In this document: one piece after another, positions 9,685 to 19,922 of the stretch
Layout: each line of letters begins with the position of its first letter
How positions within the stretch are numbered: the stretch's first letter is position 1
Origin: a virus
Lineage: Duplodnaviria > Caudoviricetes
Direction: 5' to 3' (one strand)
Virus record (IMG/VR): IMGVR_UViG_3300029267_003206
Coordinates: 1-55,096 of that record
DNA: 55,096 nucleotides
Made by a program: the position numbers and the translations under genes
Notes under the pieces: model-generated
Database searches by the model: none
What the model saw: only the letters and a program-made list of their open reading frames with translations
Told to the model about the DNA's origin: nothing

Positions 9685-10100
9685 TCGGTTGATAGATGTA
9701 ATAGTATATCCACTATTCGTTATCTTCCTAATTCTCATCTGTATACCTATCTACTTGCTATATATGCTTAAAGCCATTCTGGAAAGGATATGGAAGGGTC
9801 ACAAATGAATACATGTCCAGTTTGTGGAAGAAAGTTGCAAGAATGTGATGAGAAGAGTCATAGTTCTGGCCTACAGATGCAAAGATGGGCAGTGGAAAAG
9901 AGAAAAGAAAGAGACTCTTTACTAAATGTCAGAAATGCATTACAACATTCGGGGTGGATAGATGGTTAAGCTACATGGGAAGGAATTCAAGTTAGCAGAC
10001 TTGCCACAGATATGCTCATGCGGTAACTGGAATTGCCCTAATTCATATAAAGGCAAACCAGGTATAATAGAAAAACTGGAGAAGGCAAAGGAGGAAGGGG

Positions 10101-10271
10101 ATGCCAATAATTCGAAGATGTGCTAAATGCAGGAAGATACGAATTAGGGTTGTGCGTATGGGGGGTAAGTGTGGACTACCACCTGAAGCAAAAGCTTTTC
10201 TACGTAAACAATCAAAGATGATAATGAAATATGGAATATGCAATTGTCAAAAGAAGGAGGAAGAGAGATGA
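10101..10271 (+). CDS. Small basic Cys-containing protein (not in track)
   Basis: GGAGG RBS; CAKC...CNC; ATGA overlap with the MazG start. Confidence 0.55.
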   Translation: MPIIRRCAKCRKIRIRVVRMGGKCGLPPEAKAFLRKQSKMIMKYGICNCQKKEEER

Positions 10272-10870
10272 CACTTGACTCACTATTCGTAGAAGTTGAT
10301 GAGTTCCAGGACGCATTCTTTCCAAACTATAAGGATGCTGAGTTAGTATACTATACAAACGCTTTAGCAGGTGAAGTTGGAGAACTATGTAATCTGGCAA
10401 AGAAAAGGGCTGGAGGAGGTTGTTCGAATCCTACAATTGAGATCAGAGAAGAACTGCTGGATGAATTATCTGATATAATGATATATTCCCTGTTATTATA
10501 TCGCTACTTTGACATTAGTCCTTTAGAAGCTACAAATAGAATCAGGGTTAAAATGGAATCCAATGCCCTTCGATTGAAAGAGAAACGTAACCAGGGTATA
10601 GCTTATAGAAACTGGAGGGTTAACCTGCAAAAGAAAGTTCAGAAACAGAATGCGATGAAGGCGAAGAAGAAAAGCAACATAAAAGTTGAACATATAGTAT
10701 GGGAAACTGCAAAACAGAAAAGAAGAAAACAGAAGATTCAGAAAGAAAAGGAGGCAAAAAAATGGGAAACAGATGGAAAGGCCGTTATAAAGGTCGCTCT
10801 TCAGCCAGGTCAGCAAAAAAAGCAGGGTATGATTTCGAAGATGAAACAATCAAAGCATTCTCATGGTTAA
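10268..10870 (+). CDS. MazG-like all-alpha NTP pyrophosphohydrolase with Lys-rich tail
   Basis: ALAGEVGELCNLAKK...ELLDELSDIMIY (ExxE...ExxD). Confidence 0.85.
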   Translation: MTLDSLFVEVDEFQDAFFPNYKDAELVYYTNALAGEVGELCNLAKKRAGGGCSNPTIEIREELLDELSDIMIYSLLLYRYFDISPLEATNRIRVKMESNALRLKEKRNQGIAYRNWRVNLQKKVQKQNAMKAKKKSNIKVEHIVWETAKQKRRKQKIQKEKEAKKWETDGKAVIKVALQPGQQKKQGMISKMKQSKHSHG

Positions 10871-11529
10871 GTCTGCAATACCCTTTATTCTTCCACAAAG
10901 AAGCAGATACACACGCCTTACGGACAGTCATCAGGCAGATCAAAGGAGCATTCTATGACCTTCCTCCATCTATCCAAGATAACTTCCAATATGCACTATA
11001 TGCTTTCAACCGGATGACATTACCAAAACAACCAGGTGACATGTGGCTTGTAGTTAATGGTATTGGTGGGATGTTAGAATTAAAGAGTAAATCAGCATCT
11101 ACTCCTTTAATGTTATCTACGATGATTCAGCCACACCAATTTCAATATGCTACCAAAATAGAAGTAAACGGTGGGGGATTCTACTACTTCCTCATCTGCA
11201 ATCGTCTTAAACCTGATTCACATTATGTTATAGCTCTGACAAGGAGTGAAGTTAGGGATATTTTCATCGCAGAAGCTGAGATGAAAAAGAGAAAAGGATG
11301 GTCAAGAAGCGGATGGAGCTGGGATGAGTTAGCATCCTTTACCCATCTGCCAGTTATGGTTGCCAACAACAGACGCTACTGGAAAGAAGATCATTTCACA
11401 AAATGGGATTATACCCCCCTCATACTTGATATACTGAAGATATATGGAAAGGAGGTGAAAGAATGCCAAGGCCAAGAATCATATGTAAAAGTTCGGAATG
11501 CGTTCATCCAGAACGAAACTTCTGTATAA
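10762..11529 (+). CDS. PD-(D/E)xK nuclease, Holliday-junction resolvase-like (Hjc/RecU type)
   Basis: GYDFE...PGD...LELKS...IQPHQ; GGAGG RBS before ATG 10762. Confidence 0.7.
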   Translation: MGNRWKGRYKGRSSARSAKKAGYDFEDETIKAFSWLSLQYPLFFHKEADTHALRTVIRQIKGAFYDLPPSIQDNFQYALYAFNRMTLPKQPGDMWLVVNGIGGMLELKSKSASTPLMLSTMIQPHQFQYATKIEVNGGGFYYFLICNRLKPDSHYVIALTRSEVRDIFIAEAEMKKRKGWSRSGWSWDELASFTHLPVMVANNRRYWKEDHFTKWDYTPLILDILKIYGKEVKECQGQESYVKVRNAFIQNETSV

Positions 11530-11603
11530 GCCAAGAAGAACACCCAGTTGTATGTGACTGTTTAGTAATCACAAAACCAAGGAATAAAAACAGTTTCTCA
11601 TAG
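11463..11603 (+). CDS. Small Cys/His protein, last gene of the plus arm (not in track)
   Basis: GGAGGTGA RBS; MPRPRIICKSSECVH...C...C. Confidence 0.5.
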   Translation: MPRPRIICKSSECVHPERNFCISQEEHPVVCDCLVITKPRNKNSFS

Positions 11604-12650
11604 AGCTACATCAGGCAGATTACGCAGGAGCAGTTCCGTCCGTATGCTTCCACTTCTATTCACCCTTCGGCCATACACGATGGAATTGCCCTGCAACTCC
11701 TCTTCATCTGAGTTGAAATCTATCAGACTTAATAACGGTATCTGATGTAATCCATGTAAGGTTACTGTTATACTTCTACCTATGTTAGCGAAGCGAATCA
11801 GCTCAGGTGACTTTTCATAAGATGATTTATACCCTCCACCATCTCCATCCTGGATATTCTTCATAACTCTAAAATGCTTATGAACATAATCTGCATTGTC
11901 CACACGTCTGAACCATGTATCAGAATCTCCTATCAGCACAGATGTTAACATTGTATTAGATTTCTCTGAATCAATGTTCAACAATTGACTTCCTTCTATT
12001 GTATAAATAGGGGAATCTGTGATCTTTGGTTCTCTAAGCAGACTCATAAGTGGTTTATAGTTACCTTCTCTGGGTGTTGTGAGTAGATGGAAAAAGCGTG
12101 GATTGAAGGGGTCAAGATTGTCAAACATCTTCTTTCGCATTTTAATGCAAATGCTCTTACACGTGTCATTTGCACTTGACACTTCTGCTAATCCAGATGA
12201 AACATAAAATCCAGCAAAATCCATATACGGAACACCAGACTGTCGCTCAACCTGTTTATTTAAGAGGGACATAGCAGATACTATATTTAAACCATTCAAT
12301 CCCTTATGCTGATTAAATGTGCGATTCCATAAATCATAATACCCTACAACTGGAATCTCCATACCTGATTCAATGCCAATCACAGACCTCTGGAAATCTG
12401 GTGGAACATATCCTTCGAAATCAGGTCTGTTAAAAACCCCTCCATCGGGTGATTTTATATAGATTTTCATCTGCATACCAGGGAAAATTGCCCTCTCTGC
12501 CCATCTACGTGCATTTCCAACTGAGAGTGTAGCCACACCTGCACCATTTACTTGTTCTTCTATGTCAAAGTCAGATACAGAAAGCTTGTCTGTTATATCA
12601 TCCCAACTGTTTTCCCATGGAAAGCGTCTATAGATTATAGCATTAGACAT
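11598..12650 (-). CDS. Tail tip / baseplate hub-like protein
   Basis: Last gene of the tail module; beta-rich hub-like N- and C-terminal patterns. Confidence 0.55.
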   Translation of the reverse strand: MSNAIIYRRFPWENSWDDITDKLSVSDFDIEEQVNGAGVATLSVGNARRWAERAIFPGMQMKIYIKSPDGGVFNRPDFEGYVPPDFQRSVIGIESGMEIPVVGYYDLWNRTFNQHKGLNGLNIVSAMSLLNKQVERQSGVPYMDFAGFYVSSGLAEVSSANDTCKSICIKMRKKMFDNLDPFNPRFFHLLTTPREGNYKPLMSLLREPKITDSPIYTIEGSQLLNIDSEKSNTMLTSVLIGDSDTWFRRVDNADYVHKHFRVMKNIQDGDGGGYKSSYEKSPELIRFANIGRSITVTLHGLHQIPLLSLIDFNSDEEELQGNSIVYGRRVNRSGSIRTELLLRNLPDVAL

Positions 12651-12661
12651 ACATTAACCCC

Positions 12662-15600
12662 CTATTCTACAATAGTGAAATCTGCATTCCAATGTCTCTT
12701 CTCCAAGTCACTCCAATCTCTATCTCGACTGAAGTTTCCCATAAGCATATACTTTTCTTCACCTTCTATCTCAAATTTGAAGGCAGTTTGATGATTTTCA
12801 CCATACAAAAGAGTTACAAGATCATCTGGTAATTCCTGAAATGCTACTGGAAGTGTATTTCTCCATACATTTACCTTAGCGATGGGGTGGGTGGCATGTC
12901 TTGTAGAAGCCAGACCAGATAAGCGTATCTTTCTGACCGATTTAGTAACACTATCAAATGTCTTCTCATCACCTGCTATATTTTCATCCGCTTGAACATC
13001 TCTTCCCCCAATGATTCCCTCTGTAAGAACAAAATTTGAGAAGTCTGTGATGTTTATGATATCAGAGATATAACCTGATACAATTTCATCAACTACTTCG
13101 ATAGTCATACTAACAATTGGGGAATATTGTAAGTTATCATTTCGAACCCGTAATTCTACTAATACTGGTCCTGCTGCTGATACAAATAAATCAATGTATG
13201 GTACATTTTTTAGCCACCATCCACCACCGTTAAACTGAAATTCATATCTGGCATTTCCTTGCCCTAACACTTGTGTCTGGTCAAAGAGATATGATTCCAT
13301 CCCCCATACTCTAAATGTCTCACCTGTTTTCACAAGTAACTTCTCAGCAGAGATTGAGGCAATGGGGGGAATGTCACCGATTGTATGATCATATTCATTG
13401 GCTACCCAATCAGAGATAAAACCATCTTCACTCTCAAATGCCATAGAGAAGGCAACATCCCCCGACTTTGTGTAGAGGTATTCGGGACATTTATATACCT
13501 GGGTTCTGGCAGGGAAATTATGACCTGTGGAAGATGTAAATGTTAACAGATTACCTTCTATGGATGCGATTATCTTTAGGTATGGTTTTAATCCATCCAT
13601 AATCACAACCCTATCTCCTACCTTGAGGAAGGATGTCTCTGAAACCGATAAGATCCCTCCTGGATCATCTTGAAATTCAACATCCATCTCGAAGATTTCA
13701 TCTGTGTAACCTTTACCCTCATCATCAAAGAGGAAGTGAACCCCTGTAATCTGCCTTCTAATCACCCATATGAAGGTATTGAAGTCAAAGAAAGCATCCA
13801 ACCAATCTACATAGATGACATATGCTCCTGTTCCTATTTGCTGGAAATCAACTGAAGATGCCCTTTCACTGTAGTTTCCACGCATGAACACCAGATCCAT
13901 ACCTCCAACATAGTCTACCATATTAGGTGGAACTTTGAAAACAACAATCTTCTTCCAACCTTTAGTATCCAGGGTTAAGTTATTCTGTTTAGCATAATGC
14001 GTAGTGTTTGCTTGATTATACAAACCTGCCCCCACATCAAGATCATAAAATCCCCATGTTGTAGGGCCTACACCAGTCACTTCTGCAACTTTTCCATCCT
14101 GACCTGCCCATGCTCCACCAGATCCAACATTGACATAATAAAAGTCTCCTAAAACTTCTCCCCCAGGTGGTGCAGTTAGATTAACATCCTTACAGCTATA
14201 TTCAACATAGGTCTGACAATTATCGGGTGTCTGAAAACTATCTATACCTGCCCCTACAGGATACAATTTATCATTAATATCATTGTTGATTAGCTTACCT
14301 CCAGACAGAGTTGGACGTAGATTAGTAGTAGCATCTACATATTTATACAATTCAGGCCCAAGATTTCGAACTGCTTCTAAGAATGGCCTATATCCCAAAA
14401 CAGGATTCGAGAAGAGCTTAATCGTTGCTACCTGTCTGGTATCACCACCTATAAGGGTTTGGATTCTAAAGTGAACTCTGTTATATTCTCCAATAGCCAT
14501 ACCTGGATAATACCCCATAGGTATCCAAAGATTAGCTTTGTCTAACCCCTGATTGTCTGATGAAACACCAAGCTGAACAGATAGAGGATTTTCCATGAGG
14601 CATGATCCAAGCCTATATGCCAAAAAATCAGTATCTTCAGATGGTGACCAAGAGAAATTTGCAATCGCTCTATCTTCTGTAGGTTCAAGAGTAAGTTCCC
14701 CTGCCATATCATATGCAGTATTTGCATCTTCTGCAAATTTCCATAGAACTGCAAGAAGTGGGCCTGATTTGTTGGAAGGTGTTACAAAATCTCCCCCTAA
14801 CCCATCTATAGTTACAGGACCACCTTCTGCCCAAAGGGTATCATCAAAATTATCTGTTATATCTCCAGGATTAGGGAAGGTCCCTGTCCGTATATACCCT
14901 GGCCCCCATATCTCTAAAAACAGTGACTCTGCCACACCCCCCATAAGAGTTTCATCTGCCATATCATACATATGCCAAAGAAGGAATTCATGTTCATCTC
15001 CTGCTGCCCAATTGTCAGCATAACACATAGGAGAGAAGTTTAAAGCCCACCATTTATCGCTAGTATTATACCCATTACAGAGAGCGTAATCATATGGGGA
15101 AATCTCTGTTATGGAAGAAACTCCTGTTCCACCCAATGGATATTTAGCATCTACATGAAATGTAGGGAGTGGCTGTTTAACTTTCCATTTGTTAGATGTT
15201 TTACCATCTAAGTTCATACCAAATCCGAGTTCAGAGTAGAATTTATCCAAAGGAATCGAATCTGTTGGAGGGGTTTTCCCTTCTATATCTGTATCATATT
15301 CTGCAAACTTAGCATCATTCCCAAATTTGAATCCAGAATACTTCCCAACCATAATAGATGGATTAAATGCATTGTCTATAACTGCTGTAGAAGAATCATA
15401 TGGTAGAAAAAGAATAACTTGTCGAGGATACATCCCTTTATGTGGGGCATCTGGGATTTTGAATTTTATAGCTATTCGGCTTCTTTGTGGGCCACCCCAA
15501 GGTGAAGATGCAGCAGGGGTCATACCTAATCTATGGATGGGATCGTAAACAGGCTTACCAAACAGATCCCCATTATCATGATAAAGCTGAAATGTTGCCA

Positions 15601-15715
15601 TATGCATCTTAAAGATTTCAGACTTTGTATCCGCATCTGTTGAAGGTCCAATCATTCGCCAATCTTTTGATGCCAGGTAAAATCTAATAACTTCATCATC
15701 TGCTAAATCACTCAT
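12662..15715 (-). CDS. Large tail tip/adhesin protein (1017 aa) with Ig/PKD-like and DUF2793-like segments
   Basis: Follows the tape measure; PPGGEVLGDFYYV...GAWAGQDGKVA..WGF motif; PPIASISA...SY...VELRVRND PKD-like segment. Confidence 0.6.
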   Translation of the reverse strand: MSDLADDEVIRFYLASKDWRMIGPSTDADTKSEIFKMHMATFQLYHDNGDLFGKPVYDPIHRLGMTPAASSPWGGPQRSRIAIKFKIPDAPHKGMYPRQVILFLPYDSSTAVIDNAFNPSIMVGKYSGFKFGNDAKFAEYDTDIEGKTPPTDSIPLDKFYSELGFGMNLDGKTSNKWKVKQPLPTFHVDAKYPLGGTGVSSITEISPYDYALCNGYNTSDKWWALNFSPMCYADNWAAGDEHEFLLWHMYDMADETLMGGVAESLFLEIWGPGYIRTGTFPNPGDITDNFDDTLWAEGGPVTIDGLGGDFVTPSNKSGPLLAVLWKFAEDANTAYDMAGELTLEPTEDRAIANFSWSPSEDTDFLAYRLGSCLMENPLSVQLGVSSDNQGLDKANLWIPMGYYPGMAIGEYNRVHFRIQTLIGGDTRQVATIKLFSNPVLGYRPFLEAVRNLGPELYKYVDATTNLRPTLSGGKLINNDINDKLYPVGAGIDSFQTPDNCQTYVEYSCKDVNLTAPPGGEVLGDFYYVNVGSGGAWAGQDGKVAEVTGVGPTTWGFYDLDVGAGLYNQANTTHYAKQNNLTLDTKGWKKIVVFKVPPNMVDYVGGMDLVFMRGNYSERASSVDFQQIGTGAYVIYVDWLDAFFDFNTFIWVIRRQITGVHFLFDDEGKGYTDEIFEMDVEFQDDPGGILSVSETSFLKVGDRVVIMDGLKPYLKIIASIEGNLLTFTSSTGHNFPARTQVYKCPEYLYTKSGDVAFSMAFESEDGFISDWVANEYDHTIGDIPPIASISAEKLLVKTGETFRVWGMESYLFDQTQVLGQGNARYEFQFNGGGWWLKNVPYIDLFVSAAGPVLVELRVRNDNLQYSPIVSMTIEVVDEIVSGYISDIINITDFSNFVLTEGIIGGRDVQADENIAGDEKTFDSVTKSVRKIRLSGLASTRHATHPIAKVNVWRNTLPVAFQELPDDLVTLLYGENHQTAFKFEIEGEEKYMLMGNFSRDRDWSDLEKRHWNADFTIVE

Positions 15716-16725
15716 ATACCTTCCTCCACAAATACCTGTCTTTTAACTGCTCTATTCGTATTCTTCCATAACGTTGCAGGTCTATCTGCTCCAACGTTGA
15801 AATAAGCATTCTCTATCAGTGCCCCACCTCCACCTCCTCCACCCATTCCCATATACCGCCTTCCAGATGGGGAGCTTAATGGTATAACTGCCTCTGGCCC
15901 TAATTCGCCAATTGTAGTCTGTGTTCTCCCAACCGCTATACCCCCCTTCCAAAGACCATACCCACCACTAAGCATTTGTGCAAGAGAAGCAGCTGCGAAG
16001 AGAGCAACACCAAGACCTATGATGATGGCTGCCCATCCTACTGGCCCTTTCATAGCCAAAAGCAGAGCCTGAGCTTTGGCTGCTATTAATGTCCGAAATG
16101 CGTACACTAACATTGCAGAACCCAATCCAGCCAGGACCGCACGTAAAACAGGCGACTTTGTTATAAATACACCAAAGATAGCAGCCAATGCACCCATAGC
16201 AGCTACTACGGATAATATGCTAATCTGCAATCCATGAAATGATATAGATAAGACTGTATTGGCACTCCCTATTCTGGATGCATTTAGAACAGACTGGGTT
16301 CTTGCAATCTTACTCATCATGATATAAAACTGATATGAAGATGCTGCAAAGTTAACAACAGATGCTACCATCTGCAGAGGTGCAACTATTTTAACAATCT
16401 TTTCGTTAGTCTCATCTGAAAAAATACCTGCTCGCTGAAGATTCCATGACAACCCAAGAAGAGACATATTAATACCCAACACAGCCATATTGGCCATATG
16501 GATGTTACGTGTTAACATCCGTGTAGAGGTAGAATATTGCTCCTGGACAGGCGTAGCATTTTGATATTGTATCTGCTGTTTTTTATCTAAATCAATAGCC
16601 TCTCGTCTGCCATTATTGTAAACATTAATACCTTCGGTTATAGAGCGAACCTTCTGAGTTCCTATTTCTTGAACTTCGAATCTGATTATTTCCCTATGGG
16701 TTACAACATTTCCTTGGCCTGGCAT
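15712..16725 (-). CDS. Tape measure protein (unusually short, 337 aa)
   Basis: Follows the frameshifted chaperone; hydrophobic Ala/Gly helices (GPVGWAAIIIG); C-terminal GGIA...IGELGPEAVIPL motif typical of tape measure proteins. Confidence 0.8.
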   Translation of the reverse strand: MPGQGNVVTHREIIRFEVQEIGTQKVRSITEGINVYNNGRREAIDLDKKQQIQYQNATPVQEQYSTSTRMLTRNIHMANMAVLGINMSLLGLSWNLQRAGIFSDETNEKIVKIVAPLQMVASVVNFAASSYQFYIMMSKIARTQSVLNASRIGSANTVLSISFHGLQISILSVVAAMGALAAIFGVFITKSPVLRAVLAGLGSAMLVYAFRTLIAAKAQALLLAMKGPVGWAAIIIGLGVALFAAASLAQMLSGGYGLWKGGIAVGRTQTTIGELGPEAVIPLSSPSGRRYMGMGGGGGGGALIENAYFNVGADRPATLWKNTNRAVKRQVFVEEGI

Positions 16726-16738
16726 ACTATCACGCTAC

Positions 16739-16984
16739 TTATGATTCTGGAGGATCAGGGATTTTAGATTTCATTAACTTACCAGTCTCAGATGCTATTA
16801 TCGAAAGTAATTTATAATCTCCTACATCCATTTCATATAGTGCATACGGGAGGGGACATAATCCTTTCTCTATCCAGGAATATAAATCAAATATTCCTTG
16901 TATTCGGATGTCAAAGAATCTGCATCCAAAGCAATCTATTTCGGGAGAGTTATCTGCACACCGTATGCACTGGTGGATTTTTTT
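16739..16984 (-). CDS. -1 frameshift extension of the tail assembly chaperone (gpGT-like)
   Basis: Slippery A AAA AAA at 16984-16978; -1 frame is open for 79 codons (IHQCIRC...CFGC...LCPLPYALYEMD...PPES*) and stops 14 nt before the tape measure start. Confidence 0.8.
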   Translation of the reverse strand, partial: KKIHQCIRCADNSPEIDCFGCRFFDIRIQGIFDLYSWIEKGLCPLPYALYEMDVGDYKLLSIIASETGKLMKSKIPDPPES

Positions 16985-17634
16985 CTATGTATCGCCCCCG
17001 AAGCATATTCATCTTTGAAGGTCATTAATCTTGCAATTATTTCATCTGGGTGAATAGGTTCTGTGTCACCTTCAAACAGTCGTGATGCATCTTCCAGAAT
17101 GGAAACTGGTTCATCCAATCCATAGAACTGAAACTCATCTACAATCTGAGCAAGTTTTGTGAAGATAGTATCATCCATATATATCCAGAATCCAATAGAC
17201 ATAAGCTGTTTCTTTATTTGCCCATTCTTTTCCACTATCGGTTCATCATTTTCATCCACTTCTGGAACAAAAACAGTCAGAGAGAGTTTCTCAGCTGCAG
17301 CATAATATGATACAAACAGCTCAATCTCTCTACCATCTATATCATACGTGGCTCGTTTTCTGGATTCTTCTTCCATGCTTAAAACTTCCTGCTCAATCGC
17401 TTTCGATTCTTCAAGAAATTCCTTCCGGTTTATCTTCTTTTCATCAAAAGCAGCCTGTGCTTCTGCTTTCTTTTTCAATAAACCCATCATTCGACTGCTA
17501 TTGAGTATGAAAGAATACTTCCGTTCATACCCATCCCACTCTAATTTTGACATCTTCTTTATCCAGAAGTTATCTGATCCTATTTTAACTCCTGCAAGAT
17601 GTTGCATAGTATAGCTTTCTGGTTTTTTCTCCAT
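16936..17634 (-). CDS. Tail assembly chaperone (gpG-like)
   Basis: Between tail tube and tape measure; slippery site near its 3' end; GGAGGT RBS. Confidence 0.75.
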   Translation of the reverse strand: MEKKPESYTMQHLAGVKIGSDNFWIKKMSKLEWDGYERKYSFILNSSRMMGLLKKKAEAQAAFDEKKINRKEFLEESKAIEQEVLSMEEESRKRATYDIDGREIELFVSYYAAAEKLSLTVFVPEVDENDEPIVEKNGQIKKQLMSIGFWIYMDDTIFTKLAQIVDEFQFYGLDEPVSILEDASRLFEGDTEPIHPDEIIARLMTFKDEYASGAIHRKKSTSAYGVQITLPK

Positions 17635-17668
17635 TTAAATGACCTCCATCTGACGTTGATTTAGATAA

Positions 17669-19171
17669 CTATGGTAAGGATTTAGCAATCTTTGCTTCTG
17701 TTATGTTTTTAATCTGGAATCCAAACGCATCTACCATCCGTTCCATTTCTACCTTTAACTCTTCTGTTAAATTGGATGTATTAAATGCTTCATATTCCAG
17801 AGTAAAGTCTGCCAAAATGTTTGAGTTATATGCCAATTGTAGCTTATGCTTCCACCACAAAAGATCATTTTGGTCATATTGCATATCAAAGGAAACCTGG
17901 TTAGATTCTCTATCCAACGTGATGCTTCCATTATAATCACTTCCATTCGCAACTCCCTGGGTGGGACCAGTCTTCCCAGAGCCTATATGTCCAAAGATTT
18001 CACCCTGATTATTTAAGGTTATGTCCAACTTCCTTATTTTTACTCTCTTGGCAGATGTAGAGGGATCTTGTTCAATGACATCCCCTTCTGTCCAATTTCT
18101 CGCAGCAGGTAATGCAGGAGAAACAAGGAAGGTTTTAGCTGTAACATCTACAGTTGTGATAGTTGTTGGGAATTGATAGCCATCTATTTTGGATGTTATG
18201 ATAATATCATCACCATCTTCATATCCTGTGACAGATCCAACTGTTAACAGAGTATCAGTTGGGCCTGCTGGTAAACCTAACACTGTTCCATGCGTAAAGA
18301 CAGAAGTGCAATGTCCATGACTTCTAAGAAGATATCTTTTATATGGTAGATCTGGGGGTATAGTCTTATCTGGAAGAGTCCTTAACATATACCCATATAG
18401 GACCTCATGATTCTCGGATAAATGACTTGACATGTCATCATCAAAAGAGATAGATGTTTGGGTAGCTATGCATCCAGTCAGAAGGCGAATTTGATTTGGA
18501 CTCTGTCTCATTCTATAACAGAGAGAAAATGATTTGATGGTGGAGGAATTTGGTCTTTCACGGATGTTTAAATCGCCAGACATATCATTCGGTATCTTTC
18601 CATCATATGTCATAACAAATGCTTTTAAAGATGAGTATGCATAAACATTGTCACCATACTTGAAGAAATCTGATCCCGCCTGTGTATCAAAGGTTATCTT
18701 CCCCATACGTGCAGCTTCAATGGGGTGTTCTTTATACAGCCCATCCCCAACTCCACCTTCGGCAGTTCTCCCCATTTCCAGCTCATTTGGTGCTCTGACA
18801 ATCCTACCTTGTATAGTAGAAGGAATGAGATTGATGTCATCCCCAATTGTTATGGCTGTAGCCAGAGGGGGTTCAATCTTAATCTCATCAGGATTAGGCA
18901 TATCAATTATGATATGCTTAGATGTAACTCCACCAACTTGCCTTACAATTTGTATTCTCAAGAATTTGAAATAATCTTCATCCACCGTGTAATCATCATC
19001 CCCTACAGGATGTGTTGTGTTGTAGGTAGGTAAATCTGGAGTTATCTCAATAACATCCACACCTATCCCAGCTGCAGCAGCTACTTCAAATCCAGTTAGT
19101 GGAACTCCATATGCTTTTTCAGGAAGCATTCCTATTGGCTCAATTTCAGCTTGTATATCAAAACTACTCAT
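17669..19171 (-). CDS. Major tail tube protein with inserted beta domains
   Basis: Position; LLTGCIATQTSISF and IRKLDITLNN...YNGSITL tube-like strands; two similar beta inserts ending PPLATAITIGDDI and PALPAARNWTEGDVI. Confidence 0.7.
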   Translation of the reverse strand: MSSFDIQAEIEPIGMLPEKAYGVPLTGFEVAAAAGIGVDVIEITPDLPTYNTTHPVGDDDYTVDEDYFKFLRIQIVRQVGGVTSKHIIIDMPNPDEIKIEPPLATAITIGDDINLIPSTIQGRIVRAPNELEMGRTAEGGVGDGLYKEHPIEAARMGKITFDTQAGSDFFKYGDNVYAYSSLKAFVMTYDGKIPNDMSGDLNIRERPNSSTIKSFSLCYRMRQSPNQIRLLTGCIATQTSISFDDDMSSHLSENHEVLYGYMLRTLPDKTIPPDLPYKRYLLRSHGHCTSVFTHGTVLGLPAGPTDTLLTVGSVTGYEDGDDIIITSKIDGYQFPTTITTVDVTAKTFLVSPALPAARNWTEGDVIEQDPSTSAKRVKIRKLDITLNNQGEIFGHIGSGKTGPTQGVANGSDYNGSITLDRESNQVSFDMQYDQNDLLWWKHKLQLAYNSNILADFTLEYEAFNTSNLTEELKVEMERMVDAFGFQIKNITEAKIAKSLP

Positions 19172-19193
19172 CTTCTCACATCCTTTTCAGATT

Positions 19194-19922
19194 TCATGGA
19201 ATTTGGTCAGCATACAATGGTATAACTTTTGCTGTGCATCTTACTGTAGATTGGTGAAGGTATATGTTTTCTAATCTCTCATCCGGCAGATTAAAACCAG
19301 TCGGATCAATTTCTACCAGCCCAACCCTATTATCTAAGTTAGGATTAGCAGATAACCATGTTTCAAGAATCTGCAGAAACTTCTCATGATTCTCCAGGTC
19401 AGCTTTTTTCCTAATATCAGCAATGTAAATAATCTCAATGGATTCATCCCATTCAGATGCTACGGAACCAATATGCGGTTTATCTATATCACCATCTGCA
19501 CAAGTGGCAAGTATCTGCGGTCTTGTGGTTATATGCTTATATGGTTTTCTTACTAACTTATATACTTTTGAAAAAGACTTCTGCCCCAATATAGGATGGG
19601 TTTTACAGTAGTCCAGAATGTATTCTAAGATTGGTAAGATGGGTGCAGATGGGAGAGTTAAAGTTGCCATAGATGCTTTGGTGTATACATCTCCATTTGT
19701 CCCAACGAGTGTCAGATCAAGATCATTACCATATCCACCCATCCATCCAAACCATCTAATCTTAAACCCATTTGGAACCTGCTTATCTACATACATCTTA
19801 TGACAAAAACCATTGCAGGTTATAAATACATCTGCTGCAACGGCATTCTGAACTTTAATGTCAACATATTCTTCCTGGTGCAGTTCAAATGGAACTAATG
19901 GTGTGAAGTTAGAGAAGGCCAT
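19194..19922 (-). CDS. Tail terminator/completion-like protein
   Basis: Immediately upstream of the tail tube; LSANPNLDNRV motif. Confidence 0.55.
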   Translation of the reverse strand: MAFSNFTPLVPFELHQEEYVDIKVQNAVAADVFITCNGFCHKMYVDKQVPNGFKIRWFGWMGGYGNDLDLTLVGTNGDVYTKASMATLTLPSAPILPILEYILDYCKTHPILGQKSFSKVYKLVRKPYKHITTRPQILATCADGDIDKPHIGSVASEWDESIEIIYIADIRKKADLENHEKFLQILETWLSANPNLDNRVGLVEIDPTGFNLPDERLENIYLHQSTVRCTAKVIPLYADQIP

